Below are positions 50,401-63,319 of a stretch of 64,000 nt of DNA, in pieces. The notes under the pieces are model-generated. The model had not been told where the DNA came from and ran no database searches. It worked only from the letters and a program-made list of their open reading frames with translations. The position numbers and the translations under genes are program-made. This DNA comes from Balamuthia mandrillaris (taxonomy: Eukaryota). The DNA lies in contig JAVKOQ020000058.1 in assembly GCA_031835245.2 (NCBI GenBank), positions 62,001 through 126,000 on the forward strand. Reading direction: 5' to 3'. Numbering within the stretch: position 1 is the first letter of the stretch; each line of letters starts with the position of its first letter.

Positions 50401-51634
50401 TTGCAGTTTGAGTTAGCGAAGGAACAGCTCAAAAAGGAGGCACAAATGTTGCTGGAACAACAATTATTGCCTCAGGTGATGGGCATCACTTCTGTTCCTT
50501 ATGCTACCACAAACGTTACGAACATTCCACCAACGTCAACACCATCATCTCATCAAACTCCATCTTCTTCTTTACCACAACAAAGAGTTGTTTCTTCTTC
50601 TCCCTCTCTTTCTTCTTCTCTTTCTTCTCCTGCTGTTCTTTCTGTTCCCTCTGTTTCTTCTTCTCTTTCTTCTCTTTCTATTCCTTCTACACCAGCACTG
50701 TACACTCCAGCCAAGAACGAATCCCTTTCGTCTTCGTTATTAAATCGTTCTCAACCGCAGGTTTCTTCCTCTTCCACTTCTGCATATCCTCAAGTCAAAT
50801 ATGAGCAACGGTGGGACATGAGACTGCAGCAGCTGCGTGAGTATAGAGCTCACTTTGGGCACAGCCGCATTCCTTGCAAGTATCCCCCCAATCAACAACT
50901 CGCCAATTGGACTCACAAGCAAAGACGCGATTTCAAGGTTTCTCTTTTTGTTTCTCTTTATGCTTTTCTTTATGCTTTTTTGTTTTACATTTTATTTTAT
51001 ATTCTGAAAAACCATGCAACAAAAAAAACCAAAAAAAAAAAAGAATGGTTTGATGACCGAAAAAAGAGTTGCCAAATGGTCAGCTTTTCTAGCTGAAGTA
51101 AAAGAACAGGAATTCGACCCATCCACCAAAGCAGCGGATGACGACGAAGACATTCCTGAAGATGAAGACGCAGAAGAAGAAGAAGAAGCGGAAAACACAA
51201 TTATGGAGCGAGCAGACAGAAGAATGGATGATGCCGGAAACATAATACTCTTTAAAGAGGGAGACTATGTCTTCACCTACGGCGATGCCTCTTTGGCTTC
51301 ATCTCCAGCTTCATCATCAACAGCGGAAGATAACCAAGCGGAAACAGAATCATCATCGAAACAAGTGCAACTGCATCTGTTAAAATGTTGTTGCTTGCAG
51401 GAAGACATCAAGGACAGCTTTTCGAACAACTACAAAATCCTGGTCCGTTGGTTGGAAGGAGAGCTGCCCACGGGGCTCTACTCGACGACCGCCCGCAAAG
51501 GCGTCATTCACAAGAAGAACGTCCTGTGCGCGGTGGACCTCATGCAATTGGAGCCCGGGAAGTTCTTCCTCAAGTCACAGGAGAAGGAAAAGATACGAAA
51601 CGCGCTCGCTCGTTCTCGTTTCTTCTCCAAATGA
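47482..51634 (+). CDS. CCCH zinc-finger, RS/RD-rich protein with a helicase-associated (HA) domain and a small C-terminal globular domain; 2 exons
   Basis: WRTKPCFHWTKGYCRNGDRCNFYH; RS and RD dipeptide runs; WDMRLQQLREYRAHFGHSRIP...LANWTHKQRRDFK|NGLMTEKRV. Confidence 0.8.
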
Positions 51635-51656
51635 AAATAATAATAATAACAGAAAG

Positions 51657-54141
51657 TTATTCTTCTCTCAATCCTTCCTCGTCTCCTTCGTTGGCGGAAA
51701 CAAAGGCGTGATCGCTCTTGTACTCGTAAACAAATTCTTTGGTGCGCCCGTTCTTTGTCCCGCCGAAAGAGGTCTTTGGGTGGGTGGACGTTCCCGGTTT
51801 CGTGGCGGCCTCTGTCGTTTCCTCTTGGGGTGGCTCGTCCAGCACGAGCTCGGTGAAGCGGCAGGTGTCCTTGTGGAAACGGAGAGGGAAAGAGCCTGTC
51901 TGGCCGTCGAAACGGTTCTTGCGAATGTCGAGGTACTTCCAGTCCTTGCCCTTTTGCAACATGACGACGTTGTCAGCCTCTTGTGTTGCTTTCACGCTGC
52001 CAAACACTGAAGCGTTTGTCAGTGGTACTCCTGTTGATGATGCATCGCTTTAGTTAGAAACATACAAACAAAAAACAAAAAAGAAATGAAATACACAAGA
52101 GAGAAGAAAGGTACCGTCGTCCTGTTTACGAGGATGGACGACAAGAGTGATGTGCACGTTCTTGTCGGTCGCAAATCTTCTGAACTCTTCCAAGGCTCTG
52201 TCCTGGTGATCAAACTTGCCAAAGTGATTAGGGTTGTTGGAAGAGCCAGCTCCAGACAACATGAACTGTAAGTTGTCCAGAACGATATGCTCCACGTCGT
52301 AGACGTAGACGGCGTACTCCATGGCGTCGAGCACTTGCTCCACGGAAGTGCTGCCATAGAATTTGAGAAAGTAGAGCGGCAGCTCGGAGAACTTGCGCGT
52401 GTGTTCCTCCCATTTGTCTTTACTCTCTATGAGGCTTTCCAGTGGAGCCTATTTTTTCTTGAATGAGTGGAAAGGAAGCAGACGCATACCGAGAAGCAAG
52501 AAGTAAGGAGATTGAAGGAAGAAAGAGCAAAAGAAACCTGAGTATATTGCTGCAACATCTTTTTGAGAAGAATGGTATTTTTGATCTCAAAGCTGCCCCA
52601 TAGAGTAGGCACTCCTTGTGCCGCAAAGTCCAATGACAGTTGACTCAAAAAAGTCGTTTTGCCTTTTGGATAAGAGAGCAAGGGAGAGGTTCATGTTAGA
52701 TGAAAAAATACGAAGGACGACAAAGGAAGAAGCAGAAGCAGGAAAGGAATAAAAGGAGAACAAGCAAGATTACAAACCTATGCCAGTATGTCCGGTAAAA
52801 ATAGTGAGTTCACCTTTACGATGACCCTTCAACATAGTATTGAACGATGGAAAGTCGTTGCTCTTCTTGCCTCTGATCTGCGCCGCATTGCCAATCATCC
52901 TATGAATCTCGTCTTTCAAATCCTCAAACACAAAGATCTTGTTGTGGGGAATGCGCTTCGCTTTCGCCAACAACGCTGACAGGTTCTTGCCCTGTCTTAG
53001 CGCATCGTTGGCATCTTTGGGGCCGTCGGGGTCTCCATCTTTGGTGGAGACGAGGTAACACCGCTTCAAGCCCAACTTTTGGGCAAACTTGTGAGCTCCA
53101 TCCTGACCAGGCACGTCGTCATCCATCCAAAGATAGATTTTGGAGAAGCGCTCCAACTGAGGAAGGAGCTCTATGGGCAGGGATTGAGCGCCATTGGGGA
53201 GAGAGATGGCGGGCATACCGGTGGCCTGGTGCACAGCCATCGCGTCGTACTCTCCTTCAGTGAGGACCACTTCGGTGTCCGTTGGCTTAATGGTGTGCCA
53301 CCCAAAGAGTCCCCATACTTTTTTTGGGTTGTAAGCCAGGCAGCGATGAGACGAAGAATGAAAAAGAAAGTAAAAAAGAAAAGATAGAAGAAAGCAAACC
53401 TCCTCCTTTAGGCTCCAGCCGTTGTAAGCTTTTGTTGTCAATGGCACGCAGTTTAACACGTTGCACGACAGACCTTCCTCCCTTTGATGGATGGGCATCG
53501 ATCCAGGGAAACGTAACGCACGTATGCTCCTTCCATGTATTGCTGACAGGATCGTAAAAGTTAAAGTTGGTGGCCCCCACTTTGTACTTCTTAATCACAT
53601 CGAGGGAGAGATGGCGGTGGCTTGGATCCTTTTTGCCCGTTAGCATTTGCATCACTTTTGGAAATTGACCTTCCATCAAGCCTGTGGTATACTTATTGAC
53701 CGTTGTCTGTGTTTTGATACAGTCAGCCATCCGAAAAGACAATGCTGATGGAGAATGAAAAGAAGAAAGGAAAGAAAAAGAACAAGCATATGCAGAAGAA
53801 AAAGAAAGAAACAATGAAGAAAGAGCGAGAAAAGGAACCTGAACAGGAAGAATAGGTTTGGAAGGAGTCGGCGCGGTGATGGCAATTGAGTCCTCACGGG
53901 CGGTAGGCGCAACGACCTCTCCACCTCCCCCAAGCAGCTTCTTAAAGTCAAACCATGAACCCTTCTTCCCACACCGATGACAAAAGAATGCACCTTTGAT
54001 GAAAAATGTGTTTTTTTAAAACCAGCGTTTTAGTTTGTTCGAAGTGCGGAAGCCGAAACCAGAGCAGAGAACCGAGAGAGCAGTGAGAGCAGTGAAAGCA
54101 GCATGTGCGTGTGCGTGAGAAAGAGAAGAGAGAAGAGAGAG

Positions 54142-54176
<35 letters not shown>

Positions 54177-55051
54177 AGAAGAATAGATAGCGAACCAGTG
54201 CTGCGAGAAATATAGAGCTTGAAAAGGTTGTCGGGCTTGTTCTTGTGGTCCGGGCAGCAAGGACACTCCCTCACGATGATCTCCTCGCCGGTGAGCCTGT
54301 GGACGACCCTCATCCTGGCCAGGAAGGCGAGCACGTCCCCCTCCGCTATTTGAAAGTGGGACGACACGAACGTGGTTCCAGCAGCGATTGGCTGTTGAGC
54401 TTGGCGTTGGTGTTGTCGGTCTTCTTCTTCTTCTTCTTTGGTGGCTTCGTCCAGGTTCGGCTCTTCTTCGTGCACTTCGTTCGGAGAGTCGTCGGCATGA
54501 CGCTCATCTTCCTCTTCTTCCTCTTCTGATGCTTGTGGCTCTTTTGGCGGTTGTTTGGCAGAAGGAAGCGGTGGTGTTGAAGCGGTGGCAGAGACTTTGG
54601 TTCGTTTGAGTGAAGAAGTGGGAGGTGAGGCTGTGGAGGAGGTGGAGGAGGAAGAAGAAGAGGGTTTCTTGGATTTCTTTTTTTCTTTAGCGGCGGCGGC
54701 GGATGTTGATGATGAGGTTTTGCTTTTCACGCCGCGGCGGGAAGAGAAAAGCGGGAGTGGAGGTTGGTTGTTGTTGGAAGGCAGCGACAACAGCCGTGTC
54801 GTTTTTGTTCTGGTGAGAGAAGACGAAGAAGGGTGAAGAGGAAAAGAAAAGATGGGAAGAACAGAAGATGGCTTCTTTCTTTGGCGCAAATAAATAAAAG
54901 GAGGAGACGGGGCTCGTGACGCGGAAGGTGGAGAGTAGCGGCGAAGAGGAAGAGACCGCACTCCTCCGGAGGGAAAAAGAGCGAGCTCGGGCCGGTACCG
55001 TTGCACCGAACCCGAGAGGAGCGTCGTTGTTGCGCCTCTTCCTTTCCACAT
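51657..55051 (-). CDS. TWNK: Twinkle mitochondrial DNA primase-helicase, multi-exon
   Basis: Presequence-like N-terminus; zinc finger CPCC...[29 protein letters not shown]; helicase [53 protein letters not shown]. Confidence 0.96.
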
Positions 55052-55412
55052 CTTTATTTTTTTTTTGAGTTGAATTTTTTCTTCGAAATTTGTCGACACT
55101 ATATGAAGAATCGAAAGAATGCAAACAATGTTAAAACATTTTAAGAACGAAAGGAATGTGGGATTCTTAAAATTCCAAAGGAACATGAGGGGTTACCCCT
55201 GCAAACTTAGAAAAAGAAGAAGAAAAAGCCGAGAGCGAAACGGAAGAAAACCAAAGCAACGCGCCGCACCACACGAAGCAGACGGCAGGAGACAGAGACC
55301 TCGCGCGAAGCGATCGATACACGAGGAAATAAATAAAAAAAATCGATTTATCCACTTCCATTTGGGTTTGGAGTTAAGGCCAAAAAAAAAACAATAACAA
55401 AAAAGCAGAAGA

Positions 55413-58400
55413 ATGAAGGGATGGGGAGGCATGCGCTCCGACTCGGCCTCCTCCGCACAAACCATCTCTGGCGGAACCTTTCTGGCTTTGGTGCTTTCTT
55501 TCATCGATGAAAATGGTAGCACTCTCTCTTTTTTTTTTTCTTCATCAGTCAGCTCTCTCTCTCATCTTTCTCTTTCTCTTTGTAGAACAAGCTCTAAAGA
55601 ACAACACGACCAAGTTCACGTTGAATCCTGTTTGTCTAAAGTTTCTGTCGGAGAAGCTCCTCGAGTTTAAACGAACAGGTACCTCTTCTTTTCTCTTCTC
55701 TTTTTTTTTGCTTTGCTCTTTTCTTTGTTGTTGTTTTTCAACAACGAAAGAAAATATATTTATAATTTTTTTTTAAAAAAAGGACGCAGAGTGAGTTCGG
55801 TGCAGCAGAGTGCCAAAGCGATCAAGTATCGTGAGACCATGACGCGCATTGCGTACTTTATCGATGAGCTCAAAACCCTAAAAGTTGGTTTTCTTGTTGT
55901 TCTTGTTCTTGTTCTTGTTCTTGTTCTTGTTCTTGTTCTTGTTCTTGTTCTTGTTCTTGTTCTTGTTCTTGTTCTTCTCTCTTCTTGTTCTTGTTCTTGT
56001 TCTTGTTCTTGTTCTTGTTCTTCTTCTTGTTCTTGTTCTTGTTCTTGTTCTTGTTCTTCTCTCTTCTTCTTCTTCTTCTTCTTGTTTTGCTTGGTCTTAT
56101 TTTTTTAATTATTTTTTTTGGCAATGAGCACAGATAGAGCCAACGCACGTGGGTGTATTGGAATCCACTCATCCCATTGACCTTTCTCTCTTTAGGTCAG
56201 TCGAACATTTAGAGGTACCGTTCTCTTCATATTTGCGAGAGGAGAGAAGAGAGAGAAAGAAGAGACGCACGCAATCAAAAGAGAAATGCGGATTTTGTCT
56301 CATTAACAGATCGTCATGTTCTCTCATAACTGATGCAAACAGTTGCAAGGCTGCAAACCACAGCTTATAGAAGGGTTGAAACAAAATTGGAGCAAACAAC
56401 TATCTGTGCTGATAGTGGAGGAAGCTGGAATGACAAGCTTGGAAGAGTTATTGGCTGTTAAAGAGAACAAAGGAGATGAACACTTGAAAGAAAAAGAGAA
56501 AGAGAACGAGCAAAACGAAGAGGGGAAAGAGGCAGATGGCGTAGAACCTTGGTACAAAAAGACAGGAGGCGCATGGCACAAGTTGCGGTGGCTCAAGTGT
56601 ACTCGAAACGCAATCACACGGCTCGATGAGTCTCTGGTAAGGAAACGCTCCAATTATCATCTTCTTTTCCATCAAACTAAGTCATTTTCCTTGTCTGTCC
56701 CACTTGCTTTGCTTTTCCTATTGTATTCTCTTCTTCTCTCGTTTTCGCTTCTCTTTCTTCTCCACTTCTTTCTCTGTTAAACAGCATGAATTGGTGCACG
56801 TGACACGCATAGAGCTGCAACACAACGCCATTTTCAAAATTGAGAACTTGCAGTATTGCATAGAATTGGAGTATCTCAATCTGGGCTTCAACAAGATATC
56901 ATCAACGTTCCAAATCAACCATGTCATAGGCTCTCTCAAATTTCTCATTCTTCGCGACAACATTCTCAAAAGTACACTTGGCTTGGAAAGGTTTCTTTCT
57001 CTTCTGGACCTTCTTCATTTTTCTCTTCTCTGCTTAACTAACAAAAACAACAACAACAAAAAGAATCCTCTCCCTTGAAAAGTTGGATCTATGCGATAAT
57101 CTAATAGAAGACTTCGAGGAAATTGAGCGGCTAAACTGTCTCCCATTGTTAGAGGGACTTTGGACAAAAGGCAATCCTATCGACGCCAAACCCAACTATC
57201 GTCTTCGCACCATCGCTTCCTTTGGTCCCAACTTGGAAACATTGAATGGATCCCCTATTACTGACGAAGAACAGCGGTACAGATATCTCATGCAACAACA
57301 ACGTCGGAAATCGTCTAGAACAACTGAGGATGGTTCAGCAACTCCTTCTAAAAATACTTCCTCTTCTCAGAGTAACTCTCCCATACTGCGAGCGCAAACA
57401 ATGAGCTCTCTCGCTATTCCAGTCTTTGGAGGAGGTTCTGTCAGCGCCGCTTCTTCGCCATACGGTTCGTTTAGAGACAACACCAGTTCCTTTTCAACCC
57501 ACTCTCCATCTCTGCGCTCTCAACAGAAGAAGAAAAAGGTACTCATTGGTTTTCCGCTTCTGTTTCTTTTTTTTTCCTGCCCTATTTTTAGTTTGGTTGT
57601 TTATTCATATGTTTTCAAATGGGCAGAAGAAAAAGAAGAGAGTGGCTGTTATCGAAAATTTGCCCAGTCCACAAAACTTTGAAATCAAAAAGTATACCAA
57701 CAGCACTCCTCTCATCGAGCCAATAATAGAAGAGGCAGAACAACCCACCAACACTACTCCCGAACAAAACGATACCTCTGTTTCTTCTTTGTCTCAAGTC
57801 GAACAAAACAAGGACAAAGAGAAAAAGACAACTGAAGGAGAAGCAAACAAAACAACATCAGAACAAAACGGGAAACATTTGGATGTCTACAACGATGATG
57901 ACGACGTTGAAGCGTTCCAGAGCAAAGTACAAGCGTTGCACAAGGAAGGAGGTACTCGGTGGTTGCTCGTTTTGAACGAACTTCAAAAGGCTGAGTCGCC
58001 AGAAACAAAACGACAGAGAGAACGACAGGAGAAGGCAATGCAAGAAGAGCAAGAGAGAGAGCGCAGAAAGAGGATGTACGAAAAAATGCAGCTGCTTCAA
58101 AGACAAGCTTCGCAAAGAATAAACGAGAAGATTCTCAACGAGATATCTGAGGATAAAGATGAAAAGAAGGCTGCTGCTTCTTCAATGGAAAAACAGGAGG
58201 AGAAGAAAGACGCTTCTGCTTCGTCACCACCTACCCCGTTGACCACTCCTGGTGAGAAAAAATCATTACCCGTTGTGGACAAAGGAAAAGAGAAAGACAA
58301 AAGAGAGAGCAAGTCCAATGTTAATATTGATATGGATGCCGTTGATGATATGTACGTATCTTTGATTCTCTTTCCATTTTTTTCCATTTTTCAAATCTTT

Positions 58401-59739
58401 TGACATTTCTTTACCATGGGTTACACTGAACTTTAGCACGGAAGATTTTGCTGTGGAGACAGAAAAAGGAGAGCCGAGAATTTTGCTGGTGGGCAATGTC
58501 AACATCACAGAAGCTGACGTTACTACTGGCAGAAATATTATCTCGCGTCCATCCAAGTATCTTTTCAATGTCACAGACGTTACGCCTGGTACTTCCATCG
58601 CTCGTCTCCCTCTCTCTCTCTCCCTCTCTCTCTCCCTCTCTCCCTCTCTCTTCCTCTTTATTTTGTTTCTCCTCTTCCTCTGTTTGGCCTTACGAACCCA
58701 TGAAAGCGAAACTATGTGCTTTTGTGATTTGCACCGGCCATATAACAAAATGAACAGAGTAGATTTTCATAATTTACTTTGTGTATCGTGTTGGAATGAA
58801 CTGATCTCTTTCGCTGGCTACAATAGCCAAAATTCTTCTATTGAGAGAGATCCATCCATGGATGCAACATTCATTTACTTTGTTCTCTATCCCTTCTCTC
58901 TTTCTGCCTTCCTCTCTTTTTCTCTTTCTCTGAGTTTCCTTAACAAAACCTTTCAAAAAGGAGGGCAAGGTTTTGCAGTTGTTCGTTTGGACTTTTGGCC
59001 ACCGCGAAGATGGGCCACAATGGAGAACAGAACCGCAGTGGTGGACAGCTCAACCTACACTCTTGAAACCTTTGAGCAAAAGAGTCATCTCGTTGCGTTA
59101 TTGCAGAAGCATATCGAACGGAATAGCAAAGCGCAAACTCAGGTGCAGTGCATGAACTGCTCCAAAGTCTTTACTGTGGAAGCAGGAGTGAAGCAGGTTG
59201 TGAGCTGTCCCAATTGTAACGGCTCTTTCCTCGTTTACTACGAAAGGTACTTTTTGACCTTTCTGCTTCTTCGTTCTTCACTTCTTTTTGTTTATATTTT
59301 GCAATATTAACCTTCCCTCACAAATATCTCCAGCCCTGACGCTCAAAGTAAAGTCGGCACCAACAATGGGGATAACACGTCCTCACCTGCAATAACGGAC
59401 TCTGAATCCGCTGAAATATCATCCAGAGAGAATGCCACAAGGTTCCTTTATTTATTTTTTCCTCTTCTCAGAATTCTTGTTTAACATCTTACACTCCGAA
59501 AAAAGTGATGCCTCATCAGGATATCATACATCTACAGAGCAATCCACTTCCCAAGACAGCAATAGCAGCAACACAGTTGCTGCCAATAGAGAAGAATATG
59601 ATGCTGACAGCATGGATGTCAATCTTCAACTCCATCTTCGGCTCAACTTTTTCAAGGGTGGCTCTGCAGAGCAGCTCGTTTACTTTTTTGCCTCTAACTT
59701 TTTGATGTATGATGCCAAGAATGATGAAGAGACGTACAT

Positions 59740-59786
<47 letters not shown>

Positions 59787-60862
59787 TCTCTTTCTCTTAG
59801 GTCCTTAAGCATTCTAACATTTGTCTCTCCTTTATAGTGTGGCTTATTTGTTACTTACAACACTTAGTCTGTACATTTTGACAAGAAAGCGCAAGCCTAC
59901 AGCACAAGATCCTGGTATTCCATCTTGCTTCTTATGTTCTTTCTTCTTTCTTTCTGACACCCTCCAAAAGGTTACACACTTTTAGCTGAATTCAAATTAG
60001 CACAGCTTCAAAGACTCGTCATTGGTCTCTTTTATCAATACTTTCGATTGGAGGTGGAAGAGTCCAAAGCATTTGTTTTCATTACACGAGAGCATGACCG
60101 TACCCACCGCTTCCTTAATCTATTGTTCTCAACAGTGCAGCGCTGTGAGGACATCTTTGATCCAATAGAGCCAGTCATTTACAACAAAGAGATTAGAACA
60201 AATATAGCAAATGATTTGCTGTTAGGCAAATCCACTCCAATTCATGCCTATGCTTTGCTCTTCCACAAAGTTTATCCAACTCGGTCCAGTCTTATTCTTC
60301 CTTTTGGCAGAAAAGGTTTCTTTCCAGCTCTCTCTCTCTCTCTCTTTCTCTCTCTTGCTTTCTTTCTTTCTTCCCTCTTTCTCATGCAAAAGAATTATTA
60401 TTTACTAGTGCTTTTTCAACAAAAGATACAGCAAATTGGATGAGGCGAACTCTCATTATAACAAATGAACATCTTATTCTTAGCAATGAAGATTTGACAC
60501 GGTGGCCTAAGCTGCATTATCCTGGTGCAAAGACTCCTACTAGCCCTCAGTTTAGACCAATCAATATGATTATTATCAGTGACATTGTTGCATTGGTTTG
60601 TACTTTTATTTTTTTCTTCCTTATCTTACTATTTATCCTATTTTTCTTTTTTTAAAAAATATAGGAACTTGATACAACAGAAGAAACCTACTTCAAAGTA
60701 GTCTATGAAAGAGATGTAATTGATACCAAAGAAAATCTGAGTATTGAGCTAATGACACAAGGCATGAAAGAAAGAAAGCAAATTGTGAAAATCATTTCAC
60801 AACTGTGGTATGCTTTATTCAAGTTACCATTAACGATTAATACCTTTTCTTCTAAGGGTTAA
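55413..60862 (+). CDS. STK11IP: STK11IP/nischarin-like leucine-rich repeat protein, multi-exon
   Basis: IDLSLFRSVEHLE, LRRs (LNLGFNKI, LILRDNIL, LDLCDNLI), LRR cap GNPI...NYR, GGTRWL, CMNC...CPNC zinc ribbon, and PH-like C-terminal segments. Confidence 0.78.
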
Positions 60863-61044
60863 TTTGTTATTGATTATTAAATTTGTTTTTCTTTTTCATC
60901 AAATCAGTTAAATGAAAAAGCAATAAAACTATTTGAACTTAACTGAACTTTTTCTCTTTTCAATTAAAAAAATAATATAAGAAAGTAAGTGAAAAGAGTT
61001 TATTTACTTTTTTCAAAAATTAGTTATTATTATATATTTTCTTT

Positions 61045-62215
61045 TTATAAATAATAATTTTCAAAAAGAAATTGTTTAAACCATTGTTTTGTTTTTTCTT
61101 TCATATTAGTACTGATATTAACTATAGTTGATGCTTTTATAAATATTACTTTTTGTTTTTCCTTTTCATAAGACTGAACAATTTTATCATTTGAAATGTT
61201 CAATTCCTTTTTCAAAAAATTAATAATCATTCACAAACAAAGAAATTTTAAAAATAAGTATACCTGTATCCAAATCCAAGAATGAGTAGTAATGAACAAC
61301 TGAACATGATAAGAACCTGCTAGTTGAAAGAGAAGTTTTTTAAATAAGAAAGCTAACCCGGACAAAGATGGATTTCAGGCTCTTCCACCAGAAAAACTCG
61401 TTCCTGTTCTTCTGTGGCAACAAGGGTAAAAAACAGCACCAATGAAGTGAAGACCTTGCGAAGAGCCTCTCCAGTGTGAATTATTTCTGTCTCATGGTCT
61501 CCTTCTGAAATAATGAAGTTGACTGTTGGAAGGCCCGACTCTTCTCCAAGGCGCAGACTATGGATGCCAAACAAGTCCTTCATATGCTTTGAGACCATTC
61601 CCTAAACAGCACAACAAGACAAAGTATAAACTATGAGTGATGTATTTTTGAGAACACAGCAACAGAAAAGCTTCAACCAACCTCAAAAGGACCAGCTTCA
61701 AGGTGTTTAAAGCGTTGTCGAATACCACGGGCAGAGGAGGTCAAGATGTCACCAGGCAACTGTTGTTCATTGGCTATCTCGAAGTCACTCTCAGACATGA
61801 ACGCAAAACGAACTTTTGTTGGGGGAAAGGGCTCTTCAGATGAACCTTTGCTATTGTCGCTTAATTGTATACGACCATTTCCTTTGATTTCCCAGCAAAT
61901 GGAGCGGTTGTTGATGGTCGCGTGGATGAGAGTGGGCGCAACAGCACCATGACGCGAGATGTGCTTCCAAGAACCACCTCCAAGCTGAGGAGCGTTGATG
62001 AGCTTGGCAAAATCCAGCGGGTGTATCTGAACGGAAGCAGAGGCCTTGTGGTTTGAGGGAGCTGTGCGGAGGTTGTAACTCCTGAGTGCAACGATGATCG
62101 CCCAAAGGAGAGAGGTCTTGCCAGAACCGTTTGCGCCCATAATCACGTTGACCCAGCTCAAATCTTCCAGAGCAAGCTCCTCGAATTGGCGGAAGTTCCG
62201 ACAAAGGCTCGTCAT
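61045..62215 (-). pseudogene. ABC-type AAA_15/AAA_21-like ATPase with spliceosomal intron and premature stop
   Basis: RNFRQF...VNVIMGANGSGKTSLL (Walker A), VFLVEEPEIHL (Walker B/D-loop), QLFITTHS (H-loop). 80-nt GT-AG intron at 61681-61602; TAG at 61353-61355. The 3' end is uncertain. Confidence 0.8.
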
Positions 62216-62259
62216 GGTAGAAGGTGAAGATAAGGCCGGAAGTGCTTGACCCATTGCAG

Positions 62260-63130
62260 TCTGGTAGAATGGGTGCTTGATGAGGGCATCCCGTAGTTCT
62301 ATGAAGGCGATCCGCTGAACCTCAGTCCAGCACCAAGTGGCGTCCTTCTTGAGCAACCGATTGAGTGGCGCAGCCAGGTCAGAGAAATGCGAGATGAATC
62401 CACGATAGTAGCCAGCCAAACCAAGGAACTGACGCAGCTCCTTGGGGTTCTTGGGGGCATGGCACTGGGTGATGGCAGAGACTTTGGCAGGGCTAGGCTT
62501 GACCACACCATTGCCCACAACGTGGCCGAGATAAGAAACGTCCAAGCAGAAGTTACACTTCTTGGGCTTTAGCCACATGTTGGCATTACGGATACGGTCG
62601 AAGACAGTTTGGAGGTCATGAAGATGAGCGTCAAAGCTAGGCCTGAAGACGATGATATCATCCACGTAGATCAGGCAAGAGACCCAGTTGAGCCCGGCAA
62701 GAACGATTTCCATGGCAGACTAGAACGTGGCGGGGGCGTTGGTCAAACCGAAAGGCACAGCCACAAACTCGAAGAGCCCACGGTGGCACACGAAGGCCGT
62801 TTTCTCGACGTCCTCATGGGCCATGACGCTCAGGTACTTGGCACGGATGAGGTGGTGCAGCGTGTCATTTATGCGCGGAATGGGGTACACGGCCTTAGTC
62901 CATGCAAAACCGCATGGTGCAATCCTTCTTCCTAGCCAACACGACGAGAATGTCAGTAACAGCTGCAACAGTGCAGCGCTCATCAGCAAATTGCCACGGT
63001 AGCAATGTCAGGTGTGCAGACTTCCAAGGAGGCAATGCGCTGGCGGGCATGAAGCTTAATGTCCTCATCTGTGAGATTGGGGGCTATAATATCTATTCCA
63101 CCAGTTGCGGTCGGTGCCAGTGGAGGTCGA
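62260..63130 (-). mobile_element. Ty3/Gypsy LTR-retrotransposon pol fragment (reverse transcriptase), degenerate
   Basis: YPIPRINDTL, KTAF, PFGLTNAPATF* (stop at 62720-62722), YVDDIIVF, LKPKKCNF, YLGHVV, LRQFLGLAGYYRGFI; internal deletions; no LTR seen. Confidence 0.93.
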
Positions 63131-63319
63131 AGTCAGTCCATACGAATAGTTGGAGGGCGTGATTAGCATGGTCAGCTGCTCCAGAAATGGGACAACGTTC
63201 TGGCCCAAACGTAGGAAACTGAAGATTCTTGATCTGTCCACGGACAGCCTTTGAGTCCACAGGAGTAGGGGCAACGGGGAACCGCTGGGGGGAATGAGGC
63301 CGCGGGGAGGGAATCCTCT

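Noticed and set aside
2838..55051. Functional cluster of mitochondrial genes (QCR9, Hsp10, Mdm31, Twinkle)
   Set aside because: Spread over 50 kb among unrelated genes; no shared motif seen.
61318..61357. A 39-nt intron removing the ATPase stop codon
   Set aside because: GT...AG is present, but splicing would delete the helix between the D-loop and H-loop; unspliced spacing fits the family, so a nonsense mutation is more likely.
61673..62989. Bacterial retron or other prokaryotic RT defence system
   Set aside because: The RT has Ty3/Gypsy motifs (PFGLTNAPATF, FLGLAGYYR), sits in intron-rich eukaryotic DNA, and no msr-msd structure is evident.
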